In this document: positions 31,007 to 44,148 of the stretch, one piece after another
How positions within the stretch are numbered: position 1 is the first letter of the stretch
How the letters are laid out: every line of letters starts with the position of its first letter
Origin: an uncultured delta proteobacterium
Lineage (GTDB): Bacteria > Desulfobacterota > Syntrophia > Syntrophales > UBA2192
Direction: 5' to 3'
DNA: 64,000 nt
Assembly: GCA_963802225.1 (NCBI GenBank)
Contig: CAWDHZ010000022.1
Span: 66,915-130,914 of the forward strand
Translations under genes and position numbers: made by a program
The notes under the pieces: model-generated
Databases searched by the model: none
The model's input: the letters and a program-made list of their open reading frames with translations, nothing else
Told to the model about the DNA's origin: nothing

Positions 31007-31390
31007 CTAGCGAACGACCTCGGCCCCCTTCGCAAGCACGAAGGGCGTCTGGATCTCTCCTTCCAGGACGTGGCGCTTGAAGACCTGCCGCATCTTCATT
31101 TCATCCATCTTCTCGTACTTGATGGGCTCCTTGCCGAACAGCTCGACGGTGACGAGGGGCTCGCGGCTGCACAGCCCCATGCAGCCCGACGTGGTGACGT
31201 TGACATCCGACACGCCGGTCTCCTCGATGACGCGCATGAGGGCGTTGAGCACCTCGCGGGCACCCGAGGCGATGCCGCAGGTTCCCATGTGGACGGTCAC
31301 CTTGGCCCGCTGCCCGGCCTCGCGCAAGGCCGTCTGCGAGTGGACCTTTTCCTTGATTTTCTTGAGATCTTCAATCTTCAGCTTGGTCAT
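31007..31390 (-). CDS. Thioredoxin-like [2Fe-2S] ferredoxin (HndB-like small subunit)
   Basis: 127 aa. Contains ...VTVHMGTCGIASGAREV...TSGCMGLCSREP... Confidence 0.8.
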   Translation of the reverse strand: MTKLKIEDLKKIKEKVHSQTALREAGQRAKVTVHMGTCGIASGAREVLNALMRVIEETGVSDVNVTTSGCMGLCSREPLVTVELFGKEPIKYEKMDEMKMRQVFKRHVLEGEIQTPFVLAKGAEVVR

Positions 31391-31408
31391 GACCTTATCC
31401 TCTTGATT

Positions 31409-31490
31409 GGGCTAAAGGCTAAGGGCTAAAGGCTAAGGGCGAAGGACAAAGACTTTTTTGCCATTTGCCTTACGCCATTTGCCTTACGCC
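31409..31490. repeat. Short-tandem-repeat hairpin: (GGCTAARG)n arm and (GCCWTTTGCCTTAC)n arm
   Basis: ggctaaaggctaagggctaaaggctaagggcgaagg ... gccatttgccttacgccatttgccttacgcc. The same words occur at 23990-24023. Confidence 0.8.
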
Positions 31491-31495
31491 TGTTT

Positions 31496-31990
31496 TCATT
31501 GATAATCATCCAGAACCGATTTCATCTTCTGCGTCTTGATCCGGCCGTGGACGTTCTCGTCCACGACGATGACGGGCGCCAGGCCGCAGGCCCCCAGGCA
31601 GCGGACCGTCTCGTAGGTGAACCGACGATCCGGCGTCGTCTCGCCTTCCGCGACATTGAATTCCTTCAGGATGCTCTCGGCAATCGTCTTCCCGCCGCGG
31701 ACGTAGCAGGCCGTGCCCAGGCAAACCCGGATCGTGTGCCTGCCGCGCGGCTTCATCGTGAAGAAGGAATAGAACGTGACGACGCCGTAGACCTGCGCCA
31801 GTGGCAGATTCAGCCCCGCGGCGATCCTTTTCTGGATCGAGATGGGGAGGTACTCCAGGGCCACCTGGGCCTCCTCCAGGACGGGGATCAGACCGCCGGG
31901 CTTTCCCTTGAAGCGGGCGATGATCCCGTCCAGCTTCGCCAGCTGTTCGGCGGTGAAATCTTTGAGTAAATCGCTGTTGCCGGTGTTCAT
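31496..31990 (-). CDS. NuoE/HydC-like [2Fe-2S] subunit
   Basis: 164 aa. Contains ...RVCLGTACYVRGG...VRCLGACGLAPV... Confidence 0.9.
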   Translation of the reverse strand: MNTGNSDLLKDFTAEQLAKLDGIIARFKGKPGGLIPVLEEAQVALEYLPISIQKRIAAGLNLPLAQVYGVVTFYSFFTMKPRGRHTIRVCLGTACYVRGGKTIAESILKEFNVAEGETTPDRRFTYETVRCLGACGLAPVIVVDENVHGRIKTQKMKSVLDDYQ

Positions 31991-32016
31991 GGAATTTCTC
32001 CTCTCTCAGGGGGGTG

Positions 32017-32565
32017 TCAGGCCGCCGCCCCGATGTCGCTCAAGCCCTCCGTGATGAGCTCACGGAGAAAGCCCGTCACCTCGGGGTGATTCAGGGGCAC
32101 ATCCTCCAGCTCTTTTTTAATCTCCCTCGTGTCCAGCAGGTAGGTCCTGCCGTCCACCTCGTGCCTGTATAAAAGATCGATCCCCGGGTTGCCCACGATG
32201 ATCGTGATCAGCGTTGATACGATGTTTCCCATGGGCTGCCGGTCGATGTGGCTCAGGCCGAATGCGGCATCGACCACCGTACCCGTTCCCGGTTTGGAGC
32301 TCAGGGTCATCTTCCCGCCCGTCCTTTCCGCTGCGTCGGAGAGCATCGGGAGGCCCAGGCCGACCCGGCGGACCTTTTTCGTCGTATAAAAGGGGTCCAG
32401 GGCCCGCTCGCGCTCCTCCGGGGTCATGCCGCTGCCGTTGTCCGTGATGCGCATCAGGAAGAGATCCTTCGCCCGGTTTTCCCGGATGAGGACGCGGACG
32501 AGGGTCGCCCCGGCGCGGACGGAATTCTCGACGATGTCCAGGATATGAAGCGCCAGCTCGAGCAC
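32017..32565 (-). CDS. Stand-alone histidine-kinase-like ATPase (HATPase_c) domain protein
   Basis: GTG start at 32565. Contains ILDIVENSVRAGA...DNGSGM...GLGLPML...GTGT (N, G1, G2 boxes). No sensor or DHp domain. Confidence 0.8.
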   Translation of the reverse strand: MLELALHILDIVENSVRAGATLVRVLIRENRAKDLFLMRITDNGSGMTPEERERALDPFYTTKKVRRVGLGLPMLSDAAERTGGKMTLSSKPGTGTVVDAAFGLSHIDRQPMGNIVSTLITIIVGNPGIDLLYRHEVDGRTYLLDTREIKKELEDVPLNHPEVTGFLRELITEGLSDIGAAA

Positions 32566-32569
32566 TCTC

Positions 32570-33307
32570 TCACTCCAGGATGCAGCGGCCGCTTTTCTTC
32601 TCGAAGGCCAACTTCAGCTCCGACGTCGTGGCCTCCTCCATGAGCGCCCGGGTGATTCCCTTTCCGATGTCGGTGATGATGTGGGAATCGGAGGACTCGA
32701 TCATCGGAAAGCGCGCCAGCTCCGGGTAACGGCGCCGCGCCTCGGCAAGTCCCGTCCGGCCGGAGATCTCGAGGGCATCCAGGGGGAGGCCTTCGGGAAC
32801 GAACCCGAGCTGCCCGAGCAGGCCGAAGCTTTCCCTGTCGATGTGGGCCGCAACGGCAAGCCCGCCGAGGCCCTGGATCTCGCTGACGATCCGCTGCAGC
32901 GGTAGCACCGTCGCCCCGATCAGCAGCCGCTCGCTCAACCCCTCCACTTCGTCGTGCTCGTTGACGATGGCCTGGCAGCCGAAGCGCTCCTCGTCATTCT
33001 TCCCGGGCAGGTGCCGGTAGACGAGGTCCTGCAGCGTCACCAGATTTTCCTGCTTGTCAAAGAGCGCGAGGACGTGCACCTCTTCGCTGCTCATGATCTC
33101 CATGCCGGGAAAGACGGTGAGGCCCGTCCCTTTCGCGGCCTTGATGACGTAGGGGACGTTTTCCGATGTGTTGTGGTCGCAGATGGCGATGACGTCGAGG
33201 CGGCGCGCAAGGGACATCGCGACGACGGCCCGGGGGTACATGTCGAGGTCGGCACAGGGTGAAAGGCAGGTGTGAACGTGGAAATCACAGCGGAACTCCC
33301 TGATCAT
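32570..33307 (-). CDS. PHP (polymerase/histidinol-phosphatase) domain protein
   Basis: The MIREFRCDFHVHTCLSPCAD...AICDHN... metal-binding His motifs. Confidence 0.8.
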   Translation of the reverse strand: MIREFRCDFHVHTCLSPCADLDMYPRAVVAMSLARRLDVIAICDHNTSENVPYVIKAAKGTGLTVFPGMEIMSSEEVHVLALFDKQENLVTLQDLVYRHLPGKNDEERFGCQAIVNEHDEVEGLSERLLIGATVLPLQRIVSEIQGLGGLAVAAHIDRESFGLLGQLGFVPEGLPLDALEISGRTGLAEARRRYPELARFPMIESSDSHIITDIGKGITRALMEEATTSELKLAFEKKSGRCILE

Positions 33308-33382
33308 CAGCGGAACCCCTTGCGGGCTGCTGCCGCTCTCCCCGGGTCACGGCCTGCTGCGGCCGGTCACGGCAAAAAACCC

Positions 33383-33416
33383 AAAAAAAAGGAACGTTCC
33401 TTTTCGGCCCGTTCCT
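33383..33416 (-). terminator. Terminator/attenuator-like hairpin with a T-run between the DRTGG and PHP genes
   Basis: The minus strand reads ggaacgggccgaaaaggaacgttcc followed by tttttttt. Confidence 0.5.
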
Positions 33417-33427
33417 TTACTATAAAT

Positions 33428-33763
33428 TCACGGCTTGATCAATTTATATATTTGACCGACGATCTCGAAGGCCGGCAGGTCCGTCACGAGGATCGGGATG
33501 CCCTCGGCATTGGCCTTGGCGGCCGTGTCGGGGGCGGGCTCGCTCCCCTGGATCAGGATGATCCCGGCGAGGTCCTTGAGGCTTGCAACGGCCACGATGT
33601 TCTGGTGCACCTGGCGCGTGATCCAGATGTCGCCTTCCTTGCTGTTGGCCATGACGTCGCTGAGCAGGTCCCCGACGTATCCCCCCCTGACTTCCCGCTT
33701 GAGGGTGCCCTCGGCGCAGGAGACTTTGAGGTTCAATTCGCGGACGATCGTTTCAAGCTGCAT
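33428..33763 (-). CDS. DRTGG domain protein
   Basis: ATG at 33763 with a GAGG SD (MQLETIVRELNLKV...). Contains ...DIWITRQVHQNIVAVASLKDLAGIILIQGSEP...IPILV... Confidence 0.75.
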   Translation of the reverse strand: MQLETIVRELNLKVSCAEGTLKREVRGGYVGDLLSDVMANSKEGDIWITRQVHQNIVAVASLKDLAGIILIQGSEPAPDTAAKANAEGIPILVTDLPAFEIVGQIYKLIKP

Positions 33764-33820
33764 AGTCATCCTCACAGGGTTTGCCCCGGGGCGCACCCCC
33801 CACCCACTCAACCCCTGCCC

Positions 33821-34291
33821 TTAGAGCGTAAACGGCGGCAGGTCGGGGTGAAGAATTTTCGGGAAATTCATCACCATCATCTTCACGCATGTCCCGACAC
33901 CCACCTCGGAGGTGATGATGAGATGGTCGGAGTATTTCTTCATGTTCGCCAGGCCCATGCCGGCGCCGAACCCCATCTCCCGGACGGCGGCCGTGGCCGT
34001 CGAGTACCCTTCCTTCATGGCCAGGTCGATATCCGGGATGCCGGGCCCTTCATCCTTTGTCTCTAATTGCACTGCGTCGTCGGTGACGGCCACGGTGATC
34101 GTCCCTTTCTTGGCATAGGAGACGATGTTGATCTCGGATTCGTAGCAGATGATGGCGACCCTCCGCACGATGTCCGTCGATACGCCGAGGTCCTTCAGGA
34201 TGCTCTTGATCTGGCCCGATACGTTTCCCGCGTTCTGAAAGCTTCCGCCCTCCACGTCGAAGGATTTTTTGAATTTCGAAGACTCCCGCAT
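33821..34291 (-). CDS. RsbW/SpoIIAB-like anti-sigma-factor-type serine kinase (HATPase_c) protein
   Basis: ATG at 34291, 2 nt after the upstream stop. Contains ...VRRVAIICYESEINIVSYA...DEGPGIPDIDLAM...GMGLANM... Confidence 0.75.
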   Translation of the reverse strand: MRESSKFKKSFDVEGGSFQNAGNVSGQIKSILKDLGVSTDIVRRVAIICYESEINIVSYAKKGTITVAVTDDAVQLETKDEGPGIPDIDLAMKEGYSTATAAVREMGFGAGMGLANMKKYSDHLIITSEVGVGTCVKMMVMNFPKILHPDLPPFTL

Positions 34292-34293
34292 CA

Positions 34294-34659
34294 CTACATC
34301 TCGCCGCCGACCTTCTCGATACACCCCGTGATCCCCTTGGCGTGCAGACGGCCCGACGTTTCGAACAGGATGTACCTCGTCGACAGGATGGGGATCTTCA
34401 GCTCTTCGGCGAGCTTGACGGTCTCCTCCGAGGGCTTCTTTCCGCGCACCAGGATAATGGCGGTGATGTCCAGGATGTCGGCCGTCCGGACCACCTGGGG
34501 GTTCGTGAGTCCCGTGAGCAGGAGGCTGTCCGGTTTGGCGAAGGCGAGCACATCGCTCATGAGGTCTGCGGCAAAGGCGGTCCTCACGGGTTTTTGCAAT
34601 TGGTCGCGACCGACAAGGACCTCGGCCTCCAGAATATCTTGCACCTCTTTCAGGGTCAC
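34294..34659 (-). CDS. DRTGG domain protein
   Basis: GTG at 34659 preceded by GAGGAGGA (VTLKEVQDILEAEVL...). Contains ...SLLLTGLTNPQVVRTADILDITAIILVRGKKP...IPIL.... The track ORF extends to 34746. Confidence 0.7.
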   Translation of the reverse strand: MTLKEVQDILEAEVLVGRDQLQKPVRTAFAADLMSDVLAFAKPDSLLLTGLTNPQVVRTADILDITAIILVRGKKPSEETVKLAEELKIPILSTRYILFETSGRLHAKGITGCIEKVGGEM

Positions 34660-34852
34660 AGCGTCCTCCTCTTCACTTGAAAACCGGCTCCTCGCACGTG
34701 AGCAAGAATCGATGGAATGACCGCTAAATCTTAGGGTTGGTAACACAGGGATGCAATCGAAGTCAACAGGGAAGATTGCCGCCTCCTCCGGGCCTGGTGA
34801 CGCTTGCGGGGGGCAGGCCCGCAGGGAAAAATAAAAAATGCATATTTTCCCC

Positions 34853-34910
34853 TTGACAGGGGCCGAAAGGGGGTGTATTGATGACCAACGGTCAGTTAAT
34901 GACCATCATT
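34853..34910 (+). promoter_or_regulatory. Sigma70-like promoter with two palindromic operators upstream of the TetR / beta-oxidation operon
   Basis: TTGACA at 34853-34858, 17-nt spacer, TATTGA at 34876-34881. Palindromes TGACCaacGGTCA (34882-34894) and AATGAccaTCATT (34898-34910). Confidence 0.55.
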
Positions 34911-34911
34911 C

Positions 34912-35592
34912 ATGCACCACCCCGGTGACCGGCCGGGGCGGGCGACAGGGGGAGAGCCCTTGAGTTCCGAGCGCAGGAGAGAAAGGGAAAAGGAGCAGCG
35001 GCGCAACGCCATCCTGCGGGCGGCGAGGAGGGAATTCTTCGAGAAGGGGTTCCGGTCCGTCACGGTGGACACCATCGCCCGGCGAGCCGAGTTGAGCAAA
35101 GGGGCGATCTACCTCTACTTCAAGAGCAAGGAGGAGATCTACGCCCAGATCCTGCTTCGGGACATCGACAAGTTCCACGACCGGGTGGCAACCCTGCTGG
35201 ACACCTCGAAAAGCGCATCCGACAACCTTCGCCAGTTTGCCGAGGTCTACGCGGCATTTTTTCTCAGCGACAGGGAGCTGTTCCGGATCTTCATGAACTT
35301 CATGATCCAGCACAACCCCGTCAACTTCACCCCCAAGATCAACGACCACATCGTCAAATCCACCAACCAGACCGTCAGCATCATCGAGCAGATCCTGCAG
35401 ATGGGCATCGAACGCGGGGAATTCCCGCGGGCCCTCGACATCCGGGTCTGCCGCAATTCCCTGTGGGGGCTTCTCAACGGAATCATCGCCCTGCACCTCT
35501 TCGCGGGCAGGGAGGAAACGCGGGAAGAGCGGGTCCGCAACCAGGTCCGGGGCGGTATCGAGGTTTTCATCGGGGGGCTCAGGTCCGTATAG
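34912..35592 (+). CDS. TetR/AcrR-family transcriptional regulator
   Basis: HTH FRSVTVDTIARRAELSKGAIYLYFKSKEE. ATG at 34912 lacks an SD. In-frame TTG at 34960 is preceded by GGGGGAG and is an alternative start. Confidence 0.85.
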   Translation: MHHPGDRPGRATGGEPLSSERRREREKEQRRNAILRAARREFFEKGFRSVTVDTIARRAELSKGAIYLYFKSKEEIYAQILLRDIDKFHDRVATLLDTSKSASDNLRQFAEVYAAFFLSDRELFRIFMNFMIQHNPVNFTPKINDHIVKSTNQTVSIIEQILQMGIERGEFPRALDIRVCRNSLWGLLNGIIALHLFAGREETREERVRNQVRGGIEVFIGGLRSV

Positions 35593-35676
35593 AAAATGGA
35601 GCAGGCTGTTCAAGAACGCCACGATGGCGTTATTTCAACCGCCTGCCAGGAACTCCATCAGAGAGGGGAAATACCT

Positions 35677-37545
35677 ATGGGCAACATGCTGGTGAACACG
35701 CGGGATCAGAAGTTTCTGCTCTACGAGCAGATCGGGATCGAGAAGCTCTTCGAGACCGAAAAGTACGCCGATTACAACAAGGAAACGGTGGACATGATGA
35801 TCAACGAGGCCGAGAAGCTGGCCGTCGAGGTCCTCCTGCCCACCTACGACAAGGGCGACAAGGAAGGGTGCAAGTTCGAAAAGGGAAGGGTCAAGGTGCC
35901 GGCCTGCTTCCACGAGGCCTACAAGAAATTCTGCGAGGCCGGGTGGCTGTGCTGCATGCGCAGCGTGGAGTCGGGCGGCCAGGGCATGCCCAACAGCGTC
36001 GCGCAGGCCTGCTACGAGTTCTTCCAGGCCGCCAACTACCCCCTCATCATGTACCCGGGTCTCACGAACGGCGCGGCCGGTCTCATCGACCGCTACGGCT
36101 CGCCGGAGCAGAAAAAGAAGTACATGGAAAGGATGTACACCGGCGAGTGGGGGGGCACCATGTGCCTCACCGAACCCGGAGCCGGAAGCGACGTGGGCGC
36201 CTTGAAGACGACGGCAAAAAGGCTTCCCGACGGGACCTACAGCATCCAGGGCACGAAGATCTTCATCTCCAGCGGCGATCACGACCTCACGCCGAACAAC
36301 ATCCACACCGTGCTCGCCCGCGTCGAAGGCGACCCCGCGGGGACGAGGGGCATCTCGATCTTTGTCGTTCCCAAGTTCCGCGTGAAGGCCGACGGCAGTC
36401 TCGGGCCCAACAACGATGTCACCACGGGCGGCATCGAGCACAAGATGGGCATCAAGGGCTCCGCCACGGCCATGCTCATCTTCGGCGAGGAGGGCAAGTG
36501 CGTGGGCGAGATCCTGGGCAAGGAGCGCGACGGCATGAAGGTCATGTTCAACCTCATGAACGAGGCGCGCATCGAGGTGGGGCTCCAGGGACTGGGAACG
36601 GCCACGGCCGCCTACGAGCATGCCGTGGAGTACGCCAAGCAGCGGCTCCAGGGCGCCGAGATCTTCGAGTTCAAGAACCCCGAGGCCCCGCAGGCGCCCA
36701 TCATCCGGCATGCCGACATCCGGCGGCAGCTCCTGTGGATGAAGGCCCACGTCGAGGGGTGCCGGGCGCTGCTCTATTACACGAGCTTCTGCCAGGACAT
36801 GATGGAAGCGGCCGCGACCAAGGAGGAGCGGCAGCAGTGGGCGAGCCGCGCCGACCTGCTCATCCCCGTCTGCAAGGCCTACGTGACGAACCGGGCCCTC
36901 GATGTCTGCTCGATCGCCATCGACGTCTACGGCGGATACGGCTACTGTTCGGAGTACCCCGTGGAGCAGTACATGCGTGACTGCAAGATCACCCAGATCT
37001 ACGAGGGCACCAACGGCATCCAGGCCCTCGACCTGGTGGGCCGCAAGCTGGGCATCAAGAAGGGCATGCACCTGCTGGCCATCGCCAAGGAGATGGATGC
37101 AGCCATCGCGACCGTGCGCGAGGAGAACCCGGAACTCTCTGCCTATGTCAATTACCTCGCCGAAGCGAAGAACGCCCTGACGGATCTCACGGTCCAGTTC
37201 TTCAAGCTCGGCAAGAGCGCGAGCTTCCTCGTCCCGATCCTCTACGCGACCCCCTACCTGAATCTCTTCGGAGACGTGGCCGTGGGTTATCTGCTCATGG
37301 AGGCGGCCGGCATCGCCCAGAAAAAGCTCAACGCCATCTACGCCGAGACCGGCGCAAAGGGCTCCAAGGCCAAGCAGAGGGCGATGGTCCACACGAATGC
37401 CGAGGTGGCCTTCTACCAGGGCAAGATCGCGTCGGCCAAGTTCTTCGCCGTCAACATCCTGACATCGGTACGGGGCAGGGCCGAGGGCATCAAGGCGGGC
37501 GACCGCACCCCCATCGAGATCGCCGACGAGAGCTTCACGGTGTGA
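35677..37545 (+). CDS. Acyl-CoA dehydrogenase (long, ~620-aa type with C-terminal extension)
   Basis: ATG at 35677 after GAGAGGGGA. Full-length ACAD-like sequence (MGNMLVNTRDQKFLLYEQ...). Confidence 0.85.
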   Translation: MGNMLVNTRDQKFLLYEQIGIEKLFETEKYADYNKETVDMMINEAEKLAVEVLLPTYDKGDKEGCKFEKGRVKVPACFHEAYKKFCEAGWLCCMRSVESGGQGMPNSVAQACYEFFQAANYPLIMYPGLTNGAAGLIDRYGSPEQKKKYMERMYTGEWGGTMCLTEPGAGSDVGALKTTAKRLPDGTYSIQGTKIFISSGDHDLTPNNIHTVLARVEGDPAGTRGISIFVVPKFRVKADGSLGPNNDVTTGGIEHKMGIKGSATAMLIFGEEGKCVGEILGKERDGMKVMFNLMNEARIEVGLQGLGTATAAYEHAVEYAKQRLQGAEIFEFKNPEAPQAPIIRHADIRRQLLWMKAHVEGCRALLYYTSFCQDMMEAAATKEERQQWASRADLLIPVCKAYVTNRALDVCSIAIDVYGGYGYCSEYPVEQYMRDCKITQIYEGTNGIQALDLVGRKLGIKKGMHLLAIAKEMDAAIATVREENPELSAYVNYLAEAKNALTDLTVQFFKLGKSASFLVPILYATPYLNLFGDVAVGYLLMEAAGIAQKKLNAIYAETGAKGSKAKQRAMVHTNAEVAFYQGKIASAKFFAVNILTSVRGRAEGIKAGDRTPIEIADESFTV

Positions 37546-37547
37546 GA

Positions 37548-37640
37548 CAGGGTTCAGGGTCCAGGGTTCAGGAAAATCCTGACGAAATGGACCCGATAGA
37601 CCCGATAGACCCGATAGACCAAATAGACCAGACAGACGAC
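37548..37640. repeat. (CAGGGTY)n and (GACCCGATA)n short tandem repeats; duplicated at 40016-40098
   Basis: cagggttcagggtccagggttcagg ... gacccgatagacccgatagacccgatagaccaaatagaccagacagacg. Confidence 0.85.
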
Positions 37641-37654
37641 TCCAGGAGGATGAT

Positions 37655-39973
<2,319 letters not shown>

Positions 39974-40112
39974 TTCGGAGAGAATGAGATGGAAGAGCTT
40001 ACAGTGTGAGACAGGTTAGGTAGGGTTCAGGAAAATCCTGACGAAATGGACCGATAGACCCGATAGACCCGATAGACGAAATAGACCAGACAGACGACTC
40101 CAGGAGGATGAT

Positions 40113-42530
<2,418 letters not shown>

Positions 42531-42630
42531 GAAGAAGGTGAGACGTTGAGAAGGTGAGAAGGTCGGAACAGCCGAAGTCAGAGGTTACCCGCTTTTCCAT
42601 CCTTCTTACCCTCGAACTCTTACCTTCTAT
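42531..42630. repeat. Short-tandem-repeat hairpin built from GGTGAGAAGG-type words
   Basis: Left arm gaagaaggtgagacgttgagaaggtgagaaggtcgg. Right arm ccatccttcttaccctcgaactcttaccttc. The same words occur at 62741-62770. Confidence 0.8.
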
Positions 42631-42676
42631 AAAGAAGTAATTTAACCATCTCTTTCAATAAGGGAGGAAGCATATC

Positions 42677-43864
42677 ATGAGAGAAGCCGTAATTGTTGCA
42701 GCGGTCAGAAGCGCTGGCGGGCGATATAGAAGAGGGGGCCTTGCGGCCACCCGGGCCGAGGAGTACGGCCTGCAGGTGATCAAGGGGCTCCTGGCGAGAG
42801 TGCCCCAACTCGACCCCAAGGACGTGGACGACCTCATCGTCGGCTGCGCCTTCCCGGAGGCCGAGACGGGGATGAACCTCGGGCGCGTCCTCACCCTGGG
42901 GGCCGGTCTTCCCATCGAGGCCTCGGGAATGACGATCAACCGGTTCTGCTCCTCGGGGCTGCAGGCCATTGCGGATGCGACGGCCAAGATTCAGGCGGGC
43001 TGGTCCGACGTGATCATCGCCGGGGGCTGCGAGACCATGTCCCACATCCCCATGGGCGGGAGCCAGTTCCGCCCTGACCCCGACTGGGGCAACCGGCCCA
43101 ACACCTACGTGTCCATGGGAATCACGGCGGAAAACGTCGCCTCCAAGTATAACGTCTCCCGTGAGGACCAGGACAAGATGGGCGTGGAGAGCAATCGCAG
43201 GGCCACCGAGGCGATCAAGGCCGGCAAGTTCAAGGAAGAGACCGTCCCCATCCAGGCCTGGAAGTACAAGAAGGATGCAAGCGGCAAGCGCATCCGCGAG
43301 GCCGTGGTCTTCGACACGGACGACGGCGTGCGCTGGCCGACGACGGTTGCCGACCTGGGCAAGCTCAAGCCCGCCTTCAAGGCGGGGGGGTCCGTGACGG
43401 CGGGCAACTCCTCGCAGATGACCGACGGGGCCGCCTTTGCGCTGCTCATGACGGCGGAGAAGGCCAAGGCCCTGGGCCTCAAGCCCCTGGCCAAGATGAC
43501 GGTCTTCGCCGTGGCGGGTTGCGCGCCCGAGGAGATGGGCATCGGTCCGGCTGTCGCGATCCCGAAGGCCCTGAAGCTGGCCGGTCTCAAGCCCGAAGAC
43601 ATCGACCTGTTCGAGATCAACGAGGCCTTCGCCGCCCAGGCCATCGCTTCGTGCCGGACCCTCGGGATCGAGGAGCGCTACTGGAAGGGCGACATCAACC
43701 CCAACGGCGGCGCCATCGCCCTCGGCCACCCCCTGGGGGCCACGGGAGCCAAGCTCACGGCCCAGATCCTCCACGAAGCCAAGCGCCGAAAGGCCAAGCG
43801 CTGCCTGGTTTCCATGTGTATCGGCGGCGGCATGGGCGCGGCGGGGATTTATGAAATGCTTTAA
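42677..43864 (+). CDS. Acetyl-CoA C-acyltransferase (3-ketoacyl-CoA thiolase)
   Basis: NRFCSSGLQAI active-site Cys motif. C-terminal ...SMCIGGGMGAAG.... 395 aa. Confidence 0.92.
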   Translation: MREAVIVAAVRSAGGRYRRGGLAATRAEEYGLQVIKGLLARVPQLDPKDVDDLIVGCAFPEAETGMNLGRVLTLGAGLPIEASGMTINRFCSSGLQAIADATAKIQAGWSDVIIAGGCETMSHIPMGGSQFRPDPDWGNRPNTYVSMGITAENVASKYNVSREDQDKMGVESNRRATEAIKAGKFKEETVPIQAWKYKKDASGKRIREAVVFDTDDGVRWPTTVADLGKLKPAFKAGGSVTAGNSSQMTDGAAFALLMTAEKAKALGLKPLAKMTVFAVAGCAPEEMGIGPAVAIPKALKLAGLKPEDIDLFEINEAFAAQAIASCRTLGIEERYWKGDINPNGGAIALGHPLGATGAKLTAQILHEAKRRKAKRCLVSMCIGGGMGAAGIYEML

Positions 43865-43961
43865 AGGCAGGGTGTAGGGGGTAGGGGGTAGGCGAGAGGA
43901 AAAGACAAACATTTCATGCTGCCTCTGTCCTCAAACCTCGAACCTCGTATTTGAAAGAATC

Positions 43962-44006
43962 GTCCCCCTCCTTCCCCCTTTCGCAAAGGGGGATCGAGGG
44001 GGATTT
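43962..44006. repeat. Palindromic intergenic element, copy 4
   Basis: gtccccctccttccccctttcgcaaagggggatcgagggggatttt. Confidence 0.8.
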
Positions 44007-44148
44007 TCTTTTTCAGATTCTGCTTCCAGCCCGGCAAAAAAGGCGTTATACACAGAAAGCTGTCGGCTGTTGACTGTAGGCTGTCGGCTCGAATTCCATG
44101 TTGATACCCATTTCCCAGTTCCCAATTCCCCAAAAAAGGAGGGTCACG

